In this document: in pieces, positions 15,216 to 28,130 of the stretch
Layout: each line of letters starts with the position of its first letter
How positions within the stretch are numbered: the stretch's first letter is position 1
Source of the DNA: Eledone cirrhosa
Lineage: Eukaryota
Assembly (NCBI GenBank): GCA_964016885.1
Contig: OZ024741.1
Span: 237,770,001 to 237,834,000, forward strand
Length of the DNA stretch: 64,000 nt
Reading direction: 5' to 3'
Translations under genes and position numbers: made by a program
Notes under the pieces: model-generated
What the model saw: only the letters and a program-made list of their open reading frames with translations
Database searches by the model: none
Told to the model about the DNA's origin: nothing

Positions 15216-15429
15216 GAAATTGGGATAGGTAGTTGATTATGAATTCTAAGATTTTCTGTTTAGAGGAATGTATAAATGCAGTGTAGATGGCTTATTACCG
15301 ACATCAGAAAAAGAACTAGAATCAGAAATATAGGACAATCTAGGAGGGTTCAAAATTAAAGGACCTCTCTGTTAAATATTGGTTCAGAAAAATTTAAAGT
15401 GACATATATGATGAAAGGGATGAGGAGAT

Positions 15430-17062
15430 AGATACATATGACAATTGGAAGTTTTTGAGTGATAACTTAATGCTGGCTTCTGACAAGGCATCTGATGGAA
15501 GCAGGGTACCATACAGACAAAGGGTGACTTGATGGTAGAATAGAGTAGTAGATAGAACCATTAAAGCTAAGAAGCAGACATGGAAAAACTGGAAGAAAGG
15601 GAGAAGCAGAGAGCAATATCAAGGAGCTAAAAGAGAAGTTAGAAGACAGGTTTACATAGCATGTAGAGCAGTTGAAAGCAGGAAGTTTGCCTATGACCAG
15701 CAACAGGATATCAGTGTGAATTGAGATGTTGAGGAAAAGCAGTGTGTCAGTGTGAATTGAGATGTTGAGGAAAAGCAGTGTGTCAGTGTGAATTGAAATG
15801 TTGAGGAAAAGCAGTGTGTCAGTGTGAATTGAGATGTTGAGGAAAAGCAGTGTGTCAGTGTGAATTGAGATGTTGAGGAAAAGTATATTTGGATTGACAA
15901 TGGTGCACATAACCTGACTAATGATCTGAAGTAAGAGGCTCGGAAATGTTACTAATGAGAGGGTAATGAATGTGGAAAATGAGTGGGAAAAGAGGAACTT
16001 CTCCCTAGCAAATCTGACAGAGAGACCAACTATTGAGGTTGACAGCTAAATGCAGTCAAAGAAACTATTAGTGGCATGAAAGGGAAAAATTGCCAATCCA
16101 TCAGAGATAGTGTTCATCAGGGCTTAGTCATAGTCCATTCCTGTTTATTATAGTTTACTAGGCCATAACAAAGGAGTTTATGACTGGCTACCAATGGAAA
16201 CTTATGTATGCTGATGACCAGGTCTTGATAGTCAAATCTGTAGAAGAGCTAGAGAAGGAATTCCTGCTGTGGAAACAAAACCTAGAATCAAAAGTTTCAG
16301 AGTAAACATAACAAAGATCAAAGTTGTAGTAAGTAGGAAAGAAGGCAAGACCATGATACCAACTGGGAAATGGCATTGATCAAGATGCAGAAAGTGAGCA
16401 GGTAAGAACTCTATGCAGTGTACTTTATGTATGATATGGGTGCACAAGTGGTGTAGGGGGATTGTAAACAGGCAAACAGAAAATTTAGACTACATATGTG
16501 GCGGGTGCACAGGGATAGTTGGTAGTAAGGACACCAGTGAAATAAATCTTTTCCAATCCTGAGGACATTCTGTAGAAATAGTTAATAGCTTCTGTTACCT
16601 AGGTGATCTAATTAGCAGTGGCGGAGATTTCTTGGAAAACATGTTGGATAGAATAAGAACAGGATGGAAAACTTTCAGGGAAAATCCCTCTGTTGATAAC
16701 AAAGGGATTTTTTGTCTTAGCAGAGAGTAGATTGTATAATACCTGCATGTAAAATACAATGCTGCATTGTAGTGAGACATGGGCAATGATTTCAGAAGAT
16801 ATGTGAAGGCTGGAGAAAAACAAAGCAAGCATACTCTGATGGGTGCTCATATGGGTTGGAGGAAAACTAGGCATACAGGGTATCAGAAGCAATGTGCAAG
16901 AGAGAAGATTGCATTGGTATGGACACATGATGCATATGGTTGATCATTGGTGGGTGAAGAAGTGCCAGAAGACACCTATGGAAGGAAGATGTGCTGGAGA
17001 AGACCTGTCCAACCTTTGCAAGGATGGAAAAGCAGGTGTAAAATGTTGATAAAGATGATGAT
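15430..17062 (+). mobile_element. Degenerate RTE LINE (PHD-containing family), internally deleted
   Basis: YADD (tatgctgatgac, ~16207), decayed Cys cluster at 16370-16510, QERRLHWYGH, RTE tail and (tga)n. Confidence 0.8.
15711..15882. repeat. 36-bp tandem repeat x~4.8 inside the RTE copy
   Basis: tcagtgtgaattgagatgttgaggaaaagcagtgtg at 15711, 15747, 15783, 15819 and 15855. Confidence 0.9.
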
Positions 17063-17209
17063 GTATATCTATGTATCTATATATATGTGTATGGTATGTG
17101 TGTGTATATATATATATATATATATACACACTCTACATCTCTCCATGCATCGAGTACGCCAATAATTAGTGATCTCCTTGGTCTCAGTACCGCAGACTCT
17201 CTCTCTCTG

Positions 17210-17285
<76 letters not shown>

Positions 17286-17292
17286 TATATAA

Positions 17293-17369
<77 letters not shown>

Positions 17370-17393
17370 TATATTTATATGTATATATATAGT

Positions 17394-17425
<32 letters not shown>

Positions 17426-17892
17426 AAGACATATTTATACATATATAGAGGGAGAGAGAGTTATGGATAAGTACACATTAATACCGATATTCCTGCTAAT
17501 TTATCACACAGTTATAAATGTCTCTATATTCACATACAATGCATACATAAATAATTACACACATACATAGACGCATTTCTTGATATAGGCATAAATGTGT
17601 GTGTGTGTGTGTCTCTGTGTGTGTGTATATAGTGTATATAATATATATATATATATACATATATATGTATGTATTTATGAATGCATATATATATATTTAT
17701 ATGTGTGAGTGTGCACATGTATATATAAACATGTTTGTAGATCAAATGCATACAATATAAAAAATACATAGTGTAGTATGTAAAAATGTATGTAAAATAG
17801 AAAATAAAACAGATAAGTGTACCAATGCCATTAGTTGAATGCAAACTGAATATAAATCCAGCATGAGAAGAACTCAAACAAACACACATCTA

Positions 17893-17956
<64 letters not shown>

Positions 17957-17971
17957 TATATGCATATATGC

Positions 17972-18095
<124 letters not shown>

Positions 18096-18137
18096 GCATA
18101 TATATATATATGTGTATGGTATGTGTGTGTGTATATA

Positions 18138-18202
<65 letters not shown>

Positions 18203-18226
18203 AAGATGTATGGTAGTTCTTTTTCA

Positions 18227-18281
<55 letters not shown>

Positions 18282-18293
18282 AATATATATATG

Positions 18294-18420
<127 letters not shown>

Positions 18421-18600
18421 CATATATATATAAGCTGTTGTGAAGAAGTTATGGGTTAGGTTCATATAAAACTTTTCAAAAAAGAATATTTCTCACATGA
18501 AGAAGAAAAGAAAAAAATGAAATGAAGTAGAAAAAAAAATAAGGTTAAATGTGTTTGGATTTGTTCCAGGGTTAAAATCCCTTCTGATTAAGATGATTAT

Positions 18601-18668
<68 letters not shown>

Positions 18669-18739
18669 ATTTATGTATGTATGAATGTACATCTATAAAT
18701 ATGTGTATGTATATATATATATACATATGTGTATGTGAT

Positions 18740-18788
<49 letters not shown>

Positions 18789-19042
18789 TTATATGTGTGT
18801 ATGTGTATGTATATGTATGTATATATGTATGTATGTATGTACATCAATATATATGTGTATATATATAAATATGTGTGTGTGTATGTTTTGTCTTACATTA
18901 TCTTGTTTGTGTGTTATATATACATACATACATATAAAAAAACCCCAGGAAAAATGAGAAAAATTCTGTTATGAAAAAATATGTTAGATATTGGCCATAG
19001 TAAAATATTTTGCTGGTGTCAAGAAAGAAAATTTGAAAAGAA

Positions 19043-19095
<53 letters not shown>

Positions 19096-19237
19096 AAGTA
19101 TGACCCCGAAAGTAGAGCTCAAGCCGTTTCGACGGCTATTTCTGGATCATACTTTTTCCTATTCCCACTCTACTACCCTAAGTATTGAGTACTCTGGTGC
19201 ATTATGGTCCATCTGGTTCCTTACCACAATTCCTTTG

Positions 19238-19303
<66 letters not shown>

Positions 19304-19332
19304 AAATGTGTGAGATCCTTGGTATAGTTAGG

Positions 19333-19468
19333 TATATTTGAAAAAAAGGAAAAGAATGACATCACTTGTAGTTCTAAACAATTTGATTTAATTTTATAAT
19401 ATTATAATATTATAAAATTAAATCAAATTGTTTAGAACTATAAGTGATGTCATTCTTTTCCTTTTTTT

Positions 19469-19476
<8 letters not shown>
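19333..19476. repeat. 144-bp AT-rich palindrome with no spacer and one mismatch
   Basis: Centre lies between 19404 and 19405; the only mismatch is G19368:T19441. Confidence 0.95.
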
Positions 19477-19520
<44 letters not shown>

Positions 19521-19629
19521 CATTTGTTGAAAGTAGATAAAAAGTAATTCAGTAAATTCATTTTAATTTCCAGTCATTGCTCTTTCAGGTTTTCATCATG
19601 GTTCCTTAATAATTACTGATTATCTTAAA

Positions 19630-20370
19630 TAAACATCATCATAGTGTATGAGTATCATATCACATTGTCCTAGTGTATGCCTATCATATCATAAATTGTC
19701 ATTATATTCTATCATATATTGTCATAGTTTTTGGCTATCATAACCTATTATCATAGTGTTTGGTTCCCATATCATATTGTCATAGTGTATGGCTACTATA
19801 TATTGTCATGGTGTATGGCTATCATATCATAGTCATTGTGCATGGCCATCATATCATATTGTCATAGTGTATGGCTATTATATTATATTGTTATGATGCA
19901 TGGCTATCATATTATATTGTCATAGTGTTTGAGTATCATATCATGTTGTCAGAGTGTATGTCTATCATATATTGCCATAATGTAAGGCTATCATATCATA
20001 ATCATTGTGTATGGTTATCATATCATATTGTCATAATGTATGGGTATCATATATGGTCATAGTGAATAGGGTTTTTATATCATATTGTCATAGTGTATAG
20101 ATGTTATATCGTATTGTAATAGTTTATGGCAGTTATATCATATGTTATAGTGCCTTTTCTGTGATAGTACTTGAATGCTTCTCCATATAAGTCTTCTTTT
20201 AATAACTCATGGTTATATTAAACAAGTGACATCATAGTGTACAAGTATCATATCATATTGTGATAGTGTATATTGTCATAGTGTATTTTCTGTGATAGTA
20301 TATGGCTATTACATATTGTCATAGTGTATTTTCTGTGATAGTGCTTGAATGCTTCTTCATACAAGTCTTC
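19630..20370. repeat. Degenerate ~27-29 bp minisatellite (gtcatagtgtatggctatcatatcatatt)
   Basis: More than 15 diverged units visible, decaying toward 20750. Confidence 0.8.
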
Positions 20371-21084
20371 TTTCTTTTTTTTTTAAATCATAGTTCCTTA
20401 ATATTTCATTAGAATACAAATGATTTGTATGATAGTTCCCAAAATGCTTATCATAGAATCTAATTTCTATGTCATAGGATGTTAATGTTTTGTCTTATTG
20501 CTTGGATGTTTCATCATATTTTCTAAGATAAGTAGTTTTCTAAAATCATAATTTCTTAAGAATTCATCATAGTTTCTTAATGTTTGATCATAAATCACTT
20601 ATAGTCATAGTCTAAATTCCTCAATATTATGTTATAGAATGTTGTGAACCAATCACTGGTAATTTCTTACTAGAATTCCTTAATTTCTCATCATAATTCC
20701 TTGTCATAGTTTAACAATTATCAACAGAATCTTGTTTCCATGTCACAGAGAAAAAATATATATAAATTTAAGAAGTTGAAAATAAATCTGAAAAATATAT
20801 TTAAAAAAATCCAATCACAATAGTTTTTCACAAAATTGTATGTATGTATGTATGTATGTATGTATGTATGTATGTATGTATGTATGTATGTATGTATGTA
20901 TGTATGTATGTATGTATGTATGTATGTATGTATGTATGTATGTATGTATGTATGTATGTATGTATGTATGCATGTATGTATATATATGTGTGTAAGTCTA
21001 TGTGTGTATATATGTATGTATCTCTCTTTTTTTTCTCTCTATACATATATGTTTGTGTATATATTATATGTATATATATAAATG

Positions 21085-21129
<45 letters not shown>

Positions 21130-21297
21130 GTATATAAATTTATATATGTATATATGTGAGTATATATATATATATATATATACATATATATACATATATA
21201 TATATACAAACATTTCTTTTCTGTTTGGACCTTTCTGTGGATCATATAGGTTTTCTTTTTTTCCTGTTTAAACTGACCACACAAATCTTTCTCTGAT

Positions 21298-21364
<67 letters not shown>

Positions 21365-21997
21365 CACAGACACTCTCTCTCTCTCTCACAATCTCTCTTT
21401 TAGATCCATGTACAGATATTCACAACTTTTACAGCATCATATCCATCTGCCTCTCTTTCTCACACTTTCTTTCTCCTTCACTCTCTGACTGTCAACCTCC
21501 TTTTTTTCACAATACACCAACCGCTTTATAAGTCTTGGTTGGCCAATAATATTTTCCTTCCATGGATTAAGCCAGACTGACCCAATATTGAAGAGGAAAA
21601 AATGCAACCCTTGTGTGCTTATATGTGTGGTGTATACGTGTGTGTATGTGTATGCATGTATGTGTGTGTATATATATATGTAAATGCACACTTATATATA
21701 TATACATGTGTGTGTATATGTACTTACATATGCACTTAAAGATAGGCATACATGCACATATTATATATGTGTATGTGTGTGTTTGTGTGTGTATGAGTAT
21801 ATATATATATACATATACACACATACACACACATACACATATGTATGTATATATGTAAGTATATATGTATTTAAATAGTGTATTTATATAGTTCAAACAT
21901 TTTTTTATGAGAGTAAGTTGAGTTTGAGGGTCAAACATTGACCTCTTGAATATATTTTCACCAAATGACCTGAACTTTGTGGTCGTCACATTAATTT

Positions 21998-24979
21998 TCA
22001 CGTTTCTTTATCATCTAGTGGAGGTTTTTCATCTGCTGCATAAAGGACATGATAAAACGCACCTTTTGGCATACTTGAACATGGATCACTTCTGTCTGTT
22101 GCATTTGACTTCACTGAAGATATTGTGTCTGATTTCAGAGACGATGTTGCAGTCGCATTTGACTTGAGTGATGATGTGGCTGTTGTACTAGATGATTTCC
22201 CAGAAGACGTAGCTGTTGCATTTGATTTCAGAGATGATGTTGGTGTGCTGTCTAAAACTAACGGTGCTGTTGCTGCTGGTGGTATGTCAGTTGTCATCAC
22301 TGATGTCTTTTTGATGAGTGGTTCATTGCTTTTCGCACAAATAATAATTGGTTCTTTTTTATGGCGTCTAGCTTTGCCTTTCTTTTTCTCTGGAATTTTC
22401 TTTGTAGGAAGTTCAACTTTGCGATTGTCACGTTGAACTGCTTTTTCTTTGAGTGCAATCTTTTGTTCATGTGGTAGAATGTCACCTTCTAAAACGCTCG
22501 TTCTACGTGTAGGTGGGTTGATGAACCTCTTTTTCTGTTCAGATGTTCTCCTGTTTGCAGCTTCTAGTTGTTCTGGAGTCATCTTCTGTTCAGGAATTAT
22601 CTTCTGTTCTTGAATTGACATGTCTGCTGAGCTACGGTCATTGCTGTGTCTCCTTGATAGAGTTGAATTGCTTAGACTCTGTTGTTCTGAAGACCTTCTG
22701 TTTACTTGTGGATCCATGTGGAATATTTCTTGCTCAGCAGAATAATTCAAAAGACTTTGTTCAGCCGCTTGCTTTATTGTCGGGCTGACTCGGCCACTTT
22801 CTGGTGCTTTTGATTGGTTTTTCCACTGAATAATACAAACCGTTAACGATATGGAAATTGATATGGCTATTATCACAGAAAGTAGTACAATGACTATGAC
22901 CAAATTGAGATGAATTCTGTCAGTGGGTAATGTTCGCTGATGTGAGAACATTTCCAGTGTATCATTACTGACACTTAAGACTAAAGTTAGTGTTGTTGTT
23001 GATGATAGGACAGGAATGCCACTGTCTTTGACAAGAAACTGTAGGTCATAGGAGCCAGCATCATTTCGGTAAACATCCCGCGTGAAAGACAACAAACCAT
23101 TATAGGAATCAAGTGCAAATAAATCTCTTTCATTGCCTCCAACAATTTCAAATTGAAGAAAAGCATTTCTTGGACTGTCATTGTCGATAGCTTTCAGAAA
23201 AGTGATGTTGTTGCTACTTTGAGGTTCATAGTAAACTTCCATAACTGCAGGATTCTCACTTGGAAAGGTGAAGAAAGGTGCATTATCATTTTCATCCATC
23301 ACTTCCACAACAACAGTTGCAGAACTGTTCATTGGTGGTCTTCCACCATCCCGTACAAAAACTGGGAATTCATATAATTCTTTAGTTTCTCGGTCAATTG
23401 GGCCTTTGGTAGTGATTAAGCCATTTTCTGAAATTTGAAAAGGAAGAGTATTTTCATCTTTCTCAGATATGAAATATAGGAGTTCACCTCCAGAATCCAA
23501 ATCAGGATCTGTGGCATTGACAAAACCAACTGGGAAATTTGGAGCCTGGTTCTCATAAGAGAGGAACTTGAATGTATCTTTTGTAAACTCTGGTCTCACA
23601 TCATTGACATCTGTTACTTGGATTGAAAATTTGCGCTCTGCCTTTAATGGAGGTGTTCCTTTATCTTGACATATTATAGAAAACTCAAAATGATCTTGTT
23701 CTTCTCGGTCAATAGGATTTTTTGCAATTACTTGGTACTCTTTTGAGCCTAAAATCTGTAGTTGGAATTTTTCATGATTAAGTTCACAAGAAATCTCTCC
23801 GTTTTGACCAATATCATCATCAATAATTATCACATACGCAATGAAACTTCCCACCTTTATAGCTTCTGAGATAGTTGCGGAGTTTTCGGACTGAGAAGTG
23901 AGGAACTTCACATCAATGCGTGGAGTTTTATTTTGTTGGTTGATAACATTTACAAAGACAACAGCAGTAGAACTTAGGGGAGGATTTCCGCCATCAATGA
24001 CGTCTACAAATAGTTTATAGGTCAGTAGTTGTCTCGATGGGAATCTTCTCCGTAGGAAGATTTCCCCTGACATTTCATTCAAGTCAAAATAGTCTTTGGC
24101 GATATTGGAAGTCTGAGAACTAAAGCGATAGAATATTCGACTGTTTTCATCTGCGTCTAGATCTGTTGCAGATAGAGTGACAACTGGTATTGACCTTGTG
24201 TGGGATTTTTTAATTGAAACATTATAAATGTTTTGAGAGAATATTGGTGAGTTGTCGTTAACATCTGAAATAGATATTTGAACACTTAAACTACTTTGTT
24301 GTGGTGGGTACCCTTCATCTTTAGCAATGACTTCTAGAGAATAATGATCTCTCACTTCCCTGTCTAACTTTTCATCAAGGATAATTTCAAGTTTGGCACG
24401 GCCGTCAACTCTTTTTGAAACTGACAATGAAAAGGGTTCGTCTATATCTTTTCTAAGTTCGTATGAAATTTTGGAAGTTAAGACACCTACATCTTTATCA
24501 ATAGCATTAGCTATTGATCTTTTTGTGCCCCTTCCGTCAGTTTCTGAGAACCAAAGGTCGACCTGGTTGTCAGGAAACTCAGGCTGATGATCATTTATGT
24601 CTTCTATTATTACGTTTATTTTTAATATTTTAACAAATGCTTCTTCTTGATGTATCACACATTTTAGAATTCTGAAACATTCCGTGGCATATATGCAAAG
24701 GGCTTCAGCATCCAATCTTTTAACTGTGTATAGCTTCCCTGTTTTTGATATGTTAAAAAGCTCAAAATTCTCCGATGAACCTACATGGAGCTGACTAAAA
24801 GTAATCTGACTGTGATCGCGAGGTGAGAACTGGTCAAGGAAGTCGGTGTCTTCAGCTATATCGCCAATCAGTGTGCCAGGGTGTTTCTCTTCCGCTACAT
24901 TGTAGGAAAGGTCCACGGAGGATGAGTTATGCAGCAGGAGAAACAGTAATAACAGCTCTCCTAACATATCCCCATGCAT
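21998..24979 (-). CDS. Protocadherin (6 cadherin repeats, signal peptide, single TM helix, ~270 aa cytoplasmic tail), encoded by one large exon
   Basis: Uninterrupted ORF. Hydrophobic leader (LLLLFLLL), EC1 with LDAE and C-x5-C (CIYATEC), linkers DINDHQP, DVNDNSP, DVNDVRP and DENDNAP, repeated AxDxD / LDRE / DxGxP motifs, TM LVIVIVLLSVIIAISISISLTVCII. The track starts at a GTG; the first in-frame ATGs are at 24979 and 24967. The C-terminus may be modified by splicing. Confidence 0.95.
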   Translation of the reverse strand: MHGDMLGELLLLFLLLHNSSSVDLSYNVAEEKHPGTLIGDIAEDTDFLDQFSPRDHSQITFSQLHVGSSENFELFNISKTGKLYTVKRLDAEALCIYATECFRILKCVIHQEEAFVKILKINVIIEDINDHQPEFPDNQVDLWFSETDGRGTKRSIANAIDKDVGVLTSKISYELRKDIDEPFSLSVSKRVDGRAKLEIILDEKLDREVRDHYSLEVIAKDEGYPPQQSSLSVQISISDVNDNSPIFSQNIYNVSIKKSHTRSIPVVTLSATDLDADENSRIFYRFSSQTSNIAKDYFDLNEMSGEIFLRRRFPSRQLLTYKLFVDVIDGGNPPLSSTAVVFVNVINQQNKTPRIDVKFLTSQSENSATISEAIKVGSFIAYVIIIDDDIGQNGEISCELNHEKFQLQILGSKEYQVIAKNPIDREEQDHFEFSIICQDKGTPPLKAERKFSIQVTDVNDVRPEFTKDTFKFLSYENQAPNFPVGFVNATDPDLDSGGELLYFISEKDENTLPFQISENGLITTKGPIDRETKELYEFPVFVRDGGRPPMNSSATVVVEVMDENDNAPFFTFPSENPAVMEVYYEPQSSNNITFLKAIDNDSPRNAFLQFEIVGGNERDLFALDSYNGLLSFTRDVYRNDAGSYDLQFLVKDSGIPVLSSTTTLTLVLSVSNDTLEMFSHQRTLPTDRIHLNLVIVIVLLSVIIAISISISLTVCIIQWKNQSKAPESGRVSPTIKQAAEQSLLNYSAEQEIFHMDPQVNRRSSEQQSLSNSTLSRRHSNDRSSADMSIQEQKIIPEQKMTPEQLEAANRRTSEQKKRFINPPTRRTSVLEGDILPHEQKIALKEKAVQRDNRKVELPTKKIPEKKKGKARRHKKEPIIICAKSNEPLIKKTSVMTTDIPPAATAPLVLDSTPTSSLKSNATATSSGKSSSTTATSSLKSNATATSSLKSDTISSVKSNATDRSDPCSSMPKGAFYHVLYAADEKPPLDDKET

Positions 24980-25023
24980 AGCAGTCACAGACACAAGTCT
25001 TCAGAGGAATATATCTACAGGCC

Positions 25024-25045
25024 CTGAAAAAGTAAACATAAAATT
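25024..25045 (-). promoter_or_regulatory. 3' splice acceptor ahead of the protocadherin coding exon
   Basis: Minus strand reads ttttatgtttactttttcag|GGC, 44 nt upstream of the first ATG, with an in-exon stop before the ATG. This implies an upstream non-coding exon. Confidence 0.7.
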
Positions 25046-25494
25046 AGGTTAAATTAAAAAAAAAAATAATTGGGCAGTTGTATTATTTACATCTCTTACT
25101 TAAATTTCTCAGATTAACATTCCCTCTTGTGAAAGAAATACCACAGACACACACAGACACACACAGACACACACAGACACACACACACACACACACACAG
25201 AGAGAGAGAGAAAAAGTAAACATTAAATTTGGTTAAATTGAAAAAACTTTGACCAATTTTATTAGACACACACACATACACAAACTCACACAACATATAC
25301 ACAGTTATTTTCTGCTATATCACATACAAACAGTTATTGTCTACTACAGCACACACAAACACACACTCATAGTACATAGTTATCACCCACCCCACACACA
25401 CTTATACATACATGAGTATGTTAAAATTAAAACGACATCAAAGTACATGTTGACAATGATAGTTCATTTATACTTTTCAAAATAATAATACTCT

Positions 25495-25530
<36 letters not shown>

Positions 25531-25799
25531 TCCATATACAATATGTTTATGTATAATAAACATACATGTATTACTGTGAGTATTTGAAACTGTGATTATA
25601 TTACAACTATCTTGGCTTAGAAGTGGTATATACATATATTTCAGAATCATTATTCTTCATCAACACTTACCTATCTATGCCAAGATACTGAGGTATGAAA
25701 GACGGTATTATATTATAGATTTCATAAACAAACTGTGTTATCACTAATTAATACATTTTTTTTTAATAAGTAGCTCTCCTAGAAAGAGTACACACTAGT

Positions 25800-26150
25800 G
25801 TGCACTGTTGAGCCCATGTTAATAACTTTCCCAAGATCTCTGTTGAGTCCTTTTTAGCAACCTGCCTAAAGTTTTTGCTGGACCCTTTTAAACAACCTGA
25901 TCAAGATCTCTGCTGGGTACTTTTAAACAATCTATTCAAAATTACAATTTGCCCAAGATCACTGTTGAACCTTTTTTAACAACCTTCAACAAATTACAGT
26001 TGGATTCTTTTGAATAACCTAGCCAAGATAACTGCATATTCTATGTTAGCAGTCTGCTCAAAATCCCATCTGGGCCCATGTTAAAAATCTGTTCCAGATC
26101 AACTCTGGACCCCTGAAAATGACTTGCTCAAGCTCATGTCAACAACCTAC
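25800..26150. repeat. Degenerate ~39-bp minisatellite (ccaagatctctgytgrrycytttttaacaacct)
   Basis: About 8 diverged units, ~0.8 kb upstream of the protocadherin acceptor. Confidence 0.6.
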
Positions 26151-26939
26151 CCCTAAAAATAAAAAGACAATCATTGAATAACCTCATAAATTATGAAAAC
26201 ACTACCCCCCCCCCCCCAGCATTAACAGTACATAACTAGAAATCTCAGTCATTTCAGACACTAAGTTTTCCCCAAACACACAGCCTCAACATAGCAAACC
26301 AGCATTGTCTTCAGTCAGAAAATACTATACACCCCCAACAACTACTGTCCCTCTATAAAGTTCAAGTGGGACCTATAAATGGAGCACAGTTCCCACATCT
26401 TGGTTGACACTGCTACCACAGATATCCTGTACTGCATCTAAAGAAAGGCTCATAGATATTATGTTTTATCTCTCTGCTTGTTCTATGACTACTAAAGTGA
26501 TCTTTCTGCTTCGGATTTCCTTGCTTTCATACCATTTTCACTCAGGTACATCCGACTCTCGCATCTCTTCTCAATATTCCCAGTATTCTTTAATGACTAT
26601 GCCTAATCCTTCCTCTCCAGAATATCATTCCTTTGGAATATGTTTCCTACACATATTTCTTCTGTAGTCATCAACTTGTAACTTTTTAAAAGGAATGTTA
26701 ATGGCATCAATCAAAATGTTTTAGATGGCTTGCAAAAGGTATTGACACAGCTTCTTTCTCCTGATCGAACTAATAAAAAATAAATATCGCCACAACAAAA
26801 AACAACAACAGAAAATAAGGTAATTTGTTTAGAAAAGCTATGACTGTAAATAAAAACAAGCTTGAAAGAACTCTTTAGTTCTTTCATAGATAACTTTTCT
26901 AGTGTTGATGGCGCAATCAAATGAATATATATATAAATA

Positions 26940-27390
26940 AAATGCATCCAGTGCACCTTGTAAAATGTTAGTGTTGATACCATAATACAATGTACCCAGG
27001 CCACTCTGTAAAGTGATAGTGCTTGTGTCACAAAAACACACCCAGCACACCTTGTAAGGTGGTTGGTGTTAATCTAGCCATAGAAACCATGCTAAAAATG
27101 GATCTTAAAAAACAAGATTGCTTTCTATGACCCAGCTTGTCTTAGACTGTGACAACCCATTCATTACATGACAACATAGAAAGGGGATGTAAAATGATGG
27201 TGATGATGATGATGATGATGATGATGGTTTACAAATACTTGAGGAAGAGGGAGACCAAGTAAGACATAGAATGAAGTTGTGCAGAACGACCTCAAAGAAC
27301 TGAATCTGATGAAGGAGATGACATAGGACTGAGCTGTCTGGTGATATGTCATACTATATAAAACCCACTCACCAGTACAAGCACTATGAT
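26940..27390 (+). mobile_element. Degenerate family-B repeat plus RTE 3' fragment
   Basis: cacccagcacaccttgtaaggtggttggtgtt, tail ggatgtaaaa(tga)n, then a GRGRPSKT remnant. Confidence 0.55.
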
Positions 27391-28061
27391 GTTAAATGTA
27401 AATGTGGTGAGGCAACTACTCTAGTATTGGTATCATAATGGAACACACTCTGCACCTACTCAAATGTGGTGGATGAACAAATTGAGACAACATAAGGTAA
27501 AGGGGACTATTTGGCTCTGTCAAGGTTTCAACAACCTTTCTTGTACAGGTGCCATGATAAACTGCACCCCCAAAACTATATATATAGGGAGCTTATAGAT
27601 CGGACAACACACGCTGTTTTTCGTGGGGGTAAGTTTTGATTAATTTTTGTATTCCAAAACATCAAAATACAACGAAATCTTTGCTCACTGGACTCGGGAA
27701 ATGTCCTGACACAAGCTGTAGAAGATACACAAATATTCCATATATTTTTCCCAGAGCAATCTTTATTTACATTTTACATTTTACGTTTACTTGCCCCCCA
27801 ATGCAAAATGGATATAAATTCATATTTTGAAAAGAGAGGAAAATGGACAATTGAACTATGAACTAGATACATCTCACTGCCCCCCCCCCCCCCTCCGCCA
27901 CCACAATAACGTCTACACTCGCTCCCTACCACCACCACCACCACCACCACCACCACCACCACCACCACCACCACCACCACCACCACCACATTTACACAAG
28001 TCATTACCCTATCTAGACTAAGGTGACTGACCTGTCGCCAAACTCCTTACTCTGTGTTGAA

Positions 28062-28122
<61 letters not shown>

Positions 28123-28130
28123 ATGTGTAT

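Noticed and set aside
22125-24587. Plus-strand ORFs overlapping the protocadherin
   Set aside because: Antisense shadows of the coding exon with no recognisable domains.
24980-24994. ORF-track start MSVTA for the protocadherin
   Set aside because: It begins at GTG; the ATGs at 24979 or 24967 directly precede the signal peptide.
27575-28040. Possible MITE/Helitron fragment (similar uncertain patches at 9890-10300, 41990-42330 and 50930-51560)
   Set aside because: No paired termini, TSD or second copy visible in the window, so it cannot be supported.
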